A stretch of 64,000 nucleotides of DNA, taken from the NCBI GenBank assembly GCA_038104845.1, contig JAYOBJ010000003.1:15598-79597 (forward strand). Reading direction: 5' to 3'. The notes beneath the pieces were generated by a model that was not told where the DNA came from, searched no databases, and saw only the letters and a list, made by a program, of their open reading frames with translations. The position numbers and the translations under genes were made by a program. This DNA is from Methanobacteriota archaeon. Lineage in GTDB: Archaea; Thermoplasmatota; Poseidoniia; Poseidoniales; Poseidoniaceae. Below, one piece after another: positions 58,534 to 64,000 of the stretch; the stretch's first letter is position 1; every line of letters starts with the position of its first letter.

Positions 58534-60552
58534 TCACTCCATCACGGCTTGGATGGCAGCTCGCAGCAGCGCACTCACCGCTTTGCCGTCGGCGCCTTGG
58601 GCTGCTTGCATCACGACGCCCATCAACGGGCCCATGGCACCCATCCCACGTTCGCGAACAAAGTCGATGCGTTCCGTGACGATTCCGTTGACGATGGCCG
58701 ACAAATCACCCACATCCACCGGGCCGAGGCCGTTCGCCTCGACGTAGGTTTGCAACGCCTCGAAGGTCGGGGATTGCCCTCGGAAGGCTTCCACCAGGGT
58801 GTCCACGTGGTCGCGGGCAACAACCTCCTCGTTGCGCAACATCAACACGTTGACCAAAAGAAGCGGGTCTTCGTCGTCGTGGGTCAACAGGAGGGAAGCC
58901 CACGCTTTGTGAGGCACGGCGTCGACGTGTTCCATGTACACGTCGTCCAGTTCGCGAGCCAGCAACTGCTGGGCTTGATCGCTGGAAGCATCGGTGGTGG
59001 ACAAACGGTCGGCACGGGCTTGGTCGTCCATCGGTAAGCGAGCAAGCACATCGGCCCATTGCTCGGCCGTGACGGCATGGGGCGGGACATCTGTTTCAGG
59101 GTACATCCGTGACCCACCCGGCAAAGGTCGCATGGGGGCCGTGGTCCCGTCTTCGGGAGCGCCTTTCTTCACCACAACGTTGCGAACTTCCTTCTGCACG
59201 CGGTGGAACGCTTGGCGGGCTCGGTTCAGCACCGCTTCCAACGCCAGCGAGGCCTGCCACTTCGGAGCGCAACACAGCACGAACGCATCGTCGGGGGCGA
59301 GGTCAAGCTGCTCACGAACGGTGTTGACCTCGTTGGACGTCAGGCCGTACGCTGGCAATTCATCGCTGTGGAAGATGCCTTTTACGCCGGCCAATTTAGC
59401 GGCTCCAGCGAGTTCTCGACCCAAGCGTGGAAGCTGGGCGCCTTGCTCGTCGAGCGTTTTGGTGCCCAGCAAACCGTGCATGCCGGGCAACGCCAACGCC
59501 AACATCACGGCGCCGTTCGCCAGCGCTTGCTCGACCATCCCAGAGGACGTGGCGTTGAAGTGTGGCGTTACATCGTGAAGGTTCAGAACGTACCGACCGG
59601 TCACCGCTGCCGCCACCTCGACTTCCACGGTGTCATCGTCTTGTCGACGGTCCTCAGGAAGGGGTGGGAGGTCCAACGCCGTTCGGAGTTGATTGGCCAA
59701 CCGGTAGAAGTGAAGTTGTCGAACCATTTCAAGACGAACGATGGTGGGGATCCAGCCCAAGTCCTGACATCCCTTGATTTCGACACGGTCACCGCAGGCG
59801 ATGGAGACGTTGAGATCCTGACGAATGCTGCCGAGACCGCGACGAACACGGCGGGTCTGACGCAACACGCGGCCCAAAGCAATGGCGGTGGTCTTGGCGT
59901 GTTCCGGTGATTGAACGTCCGGGGCAGTGGCAATTTCGATGAGCGGCAAGCCGAGCCGGTCGAGGTTGTAGACGACGGTCTGGCCCGTGGCGTGGTCGAC
60001 CGTGTCAAGTTTCCGTGCGCTGTCCTCCTCCAAACACAACACATCCACCCCCACCGGGCCGCCGTCCGTCTGGAGCGTGCCTGCCGTGGCCATCAACGAC
60101 GTGCGTTGGAAGCCGCTCGTGTTGGATCCGTCCACGACGGTTTTTCGCATGGTTTGGACCAACGGCACCGGCCGAGCGTCGAGCAAAGCGGCAACGGTGA
60201 GCGCGATGTCTACGGCATTGGCGTCCATCGCCACTGGTGGTTGTTCATCCAGCTCCACGAGGCCCGCATTGGGTGTTTGAACGTACACAAACGAGCGGTT
60301 TCGTTTGGCTTCAAATCGAGCAGCCACATCGACGGCACCGCCCTCACCGCGCGCCGCTCGTAATTTCCGGGCAAAGCGAGGCCACGCCTCGGGCACCGTA
60401 TCGATGGTCACATCGTAAAGGATCCCGGGTTGCCTTGAGTGCAATTTCCCTGTGGCCAGTTGCTGGTGCACCTCCAGCCCGCACATGAAGCCGAGGGTCT
60501 CTGGATTGAGTGCATCCGGCCGAGTGAGGTCCGCCGTCATCGCATCGTCCAT
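58534..60552 (-). CDS. gatE: Glu-tRNA(Gln) amidotransferase subunit E
   Basis: 'GFMCGLEVHQQL', 'DEQPP', 'VVDGSNTSGFQRT', 'LPLIEIATAPD', 'IRQDLNVSI', and a C-terminal GatB/YqeY-like tail. Confidence 0.95.
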   Translation of the reverse strand: MDDAMTADLTRPDALNPETLGFMCGLEVHQQLATGKLHSRQPGILYDVTIDTVPEAWPRFARKLRAARGEGGAVDVAARFEAKRNRSFVYVQTPNAGLVELDEQPPVAMDANAVDIALTVAALLDARPVPLVQTMRKTVVDGSNTSGFQRTSLMATAGTLQTDGGPVGVDVLCLEEDSARKLDTVDHATGQTVVYNLDRLGLPLIEIATAPDVQSPEHAKTTAIALGRVLRQTRRVRRGLGSIRQDLNVSIACGDRVEIKGCQDLGWIPTIVRLEMVRQLHFYRLANQLRTALDLPPLPEDRRQDDDTVEVEVAAAVTGRYVLNLHDVTPHFNATSSGMVEQALANGAVMLALALPGMHGLLGTKTLDEQGAQLPRLGRELAGAAKLAGVKGIFHSDELPAYGLTSNEVNTVREQLDLAPDDAFVLCCAPKWQASLALEAVLNRARQAFHRVQKEVRNVVVKKGAPEDGTTAPMRPLPGGSRMYPETDVPPHAVTAEQWADVLARLPMDDQARADRLSTTDASSDQAQQLLARELDDVYMEHVDAVPHKAWASLLLTHDDEDPLLLVNVLMLRNEEVVARDHVDTLVEAFRGQSPTFEALQTYVEANGLGPVDVGDLSAIVNGIVTERIDFVRERGMGAMGPLMGVVMQAAQGADGKAVSALLRAAIQAVME

Positions 60553-60598
60553 GGTTTACCCACGGGGTCGCCCTTCATGAGCACCACGCTTGTTCAAG

Positions 60599-62728
60599 TT
60601 AGATCATCTGCAGTGTGTCGTAGCCTTTCGGTCGCATCAAACGACCGCCGCGAACCAACTTCTCAAGAATGTCTTCGGCCTTGCTCCGAGGGATGTCGTC
60701 CCGCTCGGCTTCGTTGAGCACGTCAAGCAACGTTGCGTGCGTGCCGGATTGGTTCTGAAGCATGGACACGATGTCGAGCATCTGCCGTTCTTGGTTGCGA
60801 ACCGCCGTTTTCTTTCCGGAATGCACCGAGGTTTCGTCAAAGTTCTCCCCCATCAATTCAAAGCGCCATGTTTTGGTCAGCCGAATCGCTCGCTCCGCAT
60901 CCGTCAACGTTGCTTCATCCGACAAACGAATGCGGGCGCTGGCCTCGGTCAAACGGGACAAGGCCTCAAGAGCACGAGCCGTGATGGCGACGCTGTCGTT
61001 GGCCTCTCCACCTGCCTTTCGGGTTTTGACGTAAAAGTCCACGATCGCCTGCTGGGCTTGGTCGTTCAATTTGGGACGAACGGTTCGCTTGGCGTACGCC
61101 ACGTACTTGCGAAGCAAGTCTTTGGGCAGTTGGGTGTACATCCCGTCGGTGCGGGTCCCTGCTGTTTTGGCCTGCTGATTTTTCGTTGGGTCAGGCATGC
61201 TCCCTTCGTTGACGAGCAACTCGCTCGAACCCTTGAGGCGGGTTTGAACGATGTGAGAGGCAATCTTTGCATCGTGTTCTTCGTCGGCGTCGTCGGTCAT
61301 CAGCCAAATGACGTCAAATCTTGAGAGCAGCGGCGGTGCGAGGTTGATTTGTGAGGTGAACGGCACGTCACTGACCGGTTGAAAGCGTCCCTCCTTGGGG
61401 TTGGCGGCCGCCAAGATAGCGCACCGCGTTCGGAGGCTGGCGTTGATGCCGGCTTTCGAGATGGAGATGCGCTGCTGCTCCATGGCCTCGTGCATGCTCG
61501 AACGGTCAGCGGCGTTCATTTTGTCGAATTCGTCAATGGCTGCCAGCCCGAGGTCGGCCAGCACGAGAGCCCCGGCTTCCAACGTCCAACGGCCGTCGGC
61601 CGTGGCGTCTTGGACGGCTGCAGCCGTCAGGCCGGCTGCTGAAGCCGATTGACCGGAAGTGAAACGGCCCCTCGGCGAAATGGTGGACATGTAGTTGAGC
61701 ATCTGCGATTTGGCCACACCCGGATCGCCCATCAACAGAATGTGAATGTCGCCGCGGCTGCGGGTTCCGTCGGGGTTGAGTTGGGCTTCCCCGCCAAACA
61801 ATTGGAGCATGAGCGATTCCTTGATGCGTGGCCATCCGAAGATGGACGGTGCGATGCTCGTTGTCAGCACATCGTATACGTTGGTCTGGCGAGCGATGGA
61901 TTTGATTTCGTTCTCTTCCTCCTCGGTGATGATGATTTCCTCGAGTGGGACGTTTTGCCGCTCCAGGGAATGGATGCGAAGGAAAATGTCGAACACGGGC
62001 GTGTCCTTCCCGCTCTTTCGCTGCGAACGGATGAACAGCACCCCGTTGGCTTTGACCCGGTCACCGGGGTTGAGTTGTCCGGCGAGATCCTGCTCGCCGA
62101 TGCAGACGATGCGCTCGGGTTGAATGCCACCCTTCACCTGTTCGGGAAGTTCCTGCAACTCGACGAATTGAGAGTTGATCAGTTGGGATAGATGCTGCTG
62201 CAATTGGAAACGCGTCTGACGTTTCGGACGCCCGCAACCGCCATCGATTTGTGAACATTCAAGGGGCTCGATGAGTTCCTGTTCGTTGGGTTGAGCGATT
62301 TCCATGGTGTGGCCGCACGCCACGCACTCAAACACGGCGAGATACAACCGGGGCCGCACACCTGAGATTTTGGTGGTCACGGCGTCGATGGCGATCATCA
62401 TCCCGATGTCGTCCGCCCGAAGCTGCGACACCGTACGAACCTGGTCGCTGGGCAGGTGTTCAATGCGCAAAAACGGCACTTTGTTGCCCTCACCTGCATC
62501 CAACAGGAACTGTTGAAGGGCCTGGTTGGCCGCTCGAAAGTGGTGCTCGGGATGCGCAAGGATGTCTTGTGCGAACTCAGGGTCGTACCCTTCGATCACG
62601 CGGTAGGACACCTTGAGCGATTGCTCTTCAGGCCACATCCGAGCAATGTTATGGATGGCCTCGGAGAAGGTGTCCTGAAGCAAGGAGGTCCAGCGGGCAG
62701 GCAGGTCGAACTCTTGTATCGCAGCCAT
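60599..62728 (-). CDS. mcm: MCM replicative helicase
   Basis: Zn motif 'CVACGH...C...CG', Walker A 'ILLMGDPGVAKSQ', Walker B 'AAIDEFDKM', arginine finger 'SRFD', C-terminal winged helix. Confidence 0.95.
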   Translation of the reverse strand: MAAIQEFDLPARWTSLLQDTFSEAIHNIARMWPEEQSLKVSYRVIEGYDPEFAQDILAHPEHHFRAANQALQQFLLDAGEGNKVPFLRIEHLPSDQVRTVSQLRADDIGMMIAIDAVTTKISGVRPRLYLAVFECVACGHTMEIAQPNEQELIEPLECSQIDGGCGRPKRQTRFQLQQHLSQLINSQFVELQELPEQVKGGIQPERIVCIGEQDLAGQLNPGDRVKANGVLFIRSQRKSGKDTPVFDIFLRIHSLERQNVPLEEIIITEEEENEIKSIARQTNVYDVLTTSIAPSIFGWPRIKESLMLQLFGGEAQLNPDGTRSRGDIHILLMGDPGVAKSQMLNYMSTISPRGRFTSGQSASAAGLTAAAVQDATADGRWTLEAGALVLADLGLAAIDEFDKMNAADRSSMHEAMEQQRISISKAGINASLRTRCAILAAANPKEGRFQPVSDVPFTSQINLAPPLLSRFDVIWLMTDDADEEHDAKIASHIVQTRLKGSSELLVNEGSMPDPTKNQQAKTAGTRTDGMYTQLPKDLLRKYVAYAKRTVRPKLNDQAQQAIVDFYVKTRKAGGEANDSVAITARALEALSRLTEASARIRLSDEATLTDAERAIRLTKTWRFELMGENFDETSVHSGKKTAVRNQERQMLDIVSMLQNQSGTHATLLDVLNEAERDDIPRSKAEDILEKLVRGGRLMRPKGYDTLQMI

Positions 62729-62732
62729 CGCA

Positions 62733-62776
62733 TCACCTCCGGGCGTTGGGCATCATTGGCTTCAGTTCATAAAAAT
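62733..62776 (-). promoter_or_regulatory. Shine-Dalgarno GGAGGTGA (62733-62740) and TATA-like TTTTTATG (62768-62776, minus strand) upstream of mcm
   Basis: The reverse complement of 62721-62740 reads GGAGGTGATGCGATGGCTGC. The AT-rich block is centred about 44 nt upstream of the ATG. Confidence 0.35.
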
Positions 62777-62907
62777 GGTTGATGCTCGACGACCCCCCTC
62801 CATTTCCACTGGAAAACCGGCACCGTTGCCGCATCGTTTCGGGCCAGAAAGGTGTTTCAACTCCAAAACCCCCGAGCCTTCATGACCCCTGGCGTGGTGA
62901 GGCCACC

Positions 62908-63537
62908 ATGCGAGTGACCTTCGCTCATGGATTGTGGAGCAGCACGGACAGCAGCAAAGCGGACTACATGCGGTCGTTGGGCTGGGACGTGATGGCGCTT
63001 GACATGCGAGCCCACGGATGGAATCAACAGCAACAGACCCAGGTGGTGCTGGACGCGATCGACCAGCACGGGCCGTTTGACCTTCTGGTGGGGTCCTCGT
63101 TTGGGGGCTTAGCCACGGCGAACGCTGCGGCACAACGTCCTGAGCTCAACCTCAAGCTCGTTCTCCTCGCCCCCGCCTTTGGCTACCACGACCTGGTTCA
63201 CGACCAATTGGGCCCCGAGGGGATGGGGGCATGGAAAACCAAAGGAACGCACACCTTTGAGCCCCACGGGTGGGACGAACCCGTGGTCCTGCCGTACGGC
63301 TTTGTTGAGGATGCGGCTTCGGTGTCGTGGCCTGAATTGCTCCACCCCACCGCCATCCTCCACGGCATCAAGGACGACGTTGTGCCCTTGGTGAACAGCG
63401 AACGAGCAACCAAAGGACGGTCGAACGTCCACCTTGAGGTGGTGGACGACGACCACCGCTTGCACGGCAGTTTGGACCGCTTGGCCGACATGGCTGCCTT
63501 TGTGCTGGATGGACCACCGCACCCGCCCCAAGGATGA
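62908..63537 (+). CDS. small alpha/beta hydrolase (YqiA/esterase-like)
   Basis: '[10 protein letters not shown]', nucleophile elbow 'LVGSSFGG', 'HGIKDDVVP', 'DDDHRL'. ATG 62908 is chosen; the ORF-track start at 62779 adds 43 Pro/Arg-rich codons. Confidence 0.7.
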   Translation: MRVTFAHGLWSSTDSSKADYMRSLGWDVMALDMRAHGWNQQQQTQVVLDAIDQHGPFDLLVGSSFGGLATANAAAQRPELNLKLVLLAPAFGYHDLVHDQLGPEGMGAWKTKGTHTFEPHGWDEPVVLPYGFVEDAASVSWPELLHPTAILHGIKDDVVPLVNSERATKGRSNVHLEVVDDDHRLHGSLDRLADMAAFVLDGPPHPPQG

Positions 63538-63593
63538 ACACGGTGGTTCGGGCCAAGCGGTTCCTTCATCAAACGCCTGCCGCTGGACGGAGC

Positions 63594-64000
63594 ATGGACG
63601 AACCGATGGATTACGCCAGCGCTGGTGTCGACATCGACCTTGAAGGTTCAGCCGTGGCGTCCCTCATTGGCGCCCTGTCCAAGAGCGTGCGCCCTCAAGG
63701 CACGCCAGGGGCGCCGGTGGACTTGCCGGGTGGCTTTGGCGGGCTCATTGAATTCGGCAACAACCTGCTGGCGCTGGCCACCGACGGCGTGGGCAGCAAA
63801 CTCTCCATCGCCACATCGCTCGGACAGTGGGGCGGCGTGGGCATCGACTGCATGGCCATGAACGTCAATGACCTCCTGTGCGTTGGTGCCGAGCCTCTGG
63901 CGTTCGTCGATTACGTCGCTGTGCCCAAACCTGACCCTGAGGTGCACGCCGCCTTGGGTGCGTCGCTCGCAGAGGCTTGCCGCCTGGCGCGCGTGACCCT
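63594..64000 (+). CDS. purM: phosphoribosylformylglycinamidine cyclo-ligase (AIR synthase), 5' part, truncated by the window end
   Basis: My own translation from ATG 63594: '[21 protein letters not shown]...[11 protein letters not shown]...[13 protein letters not shown]...[27 protein letters not shown]'. It is not in the ORF track because no stop codon is reached. Confidence 0.9.
   Translation, partial: MDEPMDYASAGVDIDLEGSAVASLIGALSKSVRPQGTPGAPVDLPGGFGGLIEFGNNLLALATDGVGSKLSIATSLGQWGGVGIDCMAMNVNDLLCVGAEPLAFVDYVAVPKPDPEVHAALGASLAEACRLARVT

Noticed and set aside
58534-62728. Inteins in MCM or GatE.
   Set aside because: Both proteins are near normal length. The Walker A and B regions are contiguous, and no intein splice-junction or HNH/LAGLIDADG blocks are seen.
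1-64000. CRISPR arrays, rRNA or tRNA genes, IS elements, integrases, prophage or toxin-antitoxin pairs.
   Set aside because: I noticed no regularly spaced direct repeats, no transposase or integrase motifs, and no structured-RNA signatures while reading intergenic regions. This was a visual scan only, so small RNAs could have been missed.

Overview
GC-rich 64-kb window, densely coded. About 47 protein genes are called. I recognised no rRNA, tRNA, CRISPR array, transposase or integrase.

The informational genes are archaeal: MCM helicase, GatE, a TFIIB-type factor, and two Pth2 peptidyl-tRNA hydrolases. A Ygr210-type GTPase and a TIGR01210/RaSEA-like radical SAM enzyme fit this as well. Many operational genes look bacterial: an AddA/AddB-like helicase-nuclease pair, hybrid malic enzyme MaeB, RlmH, an MMPL/RND exporter, PabB-PabA plus a PabC-like gene, and a PduO-type adenosyltransferase. 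With a 2753-aa surface protein, this mosaic fits a planktonic euryarchaeon of the Marine Group II (Poseidoniales) type. That taxonomic placement is inference only.

Housekeeping genes present are icd, maeB, pip, ltaE, psd, gatE, mcm and purM (truncated at the window end).

Items most worth follow-up:
- A tightly coupled addB/addA-like operon (1264 + 1643 aa) in which both nuclease domains carry Cas4/AddB-style 4-Cys signatures. It is divergently paired with an atypical long TFB paralog across an AT-richer intergenic region containing a repeated TTCATG motif.
- A protein of about 1140 aa whose only recognisable module is a C-terminal PIN nuclease.
- An 819-aa Arg/His/Trp-rich protein with no family I could recognise, translationally coupled to ltaE.
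- A polytopic membrane protein ending in two canonical EF-hands.
- A beta-propeller-DUF4430 fusion next to an ECF-S-like membrane protein, possibly for corrinoid capture.
- Tandem divergent Pth2 paralogs.

All family calls come from motif recognition by eye. No database search was run. Start codons are often uncertain because the ORF track allows non-ATG starts.
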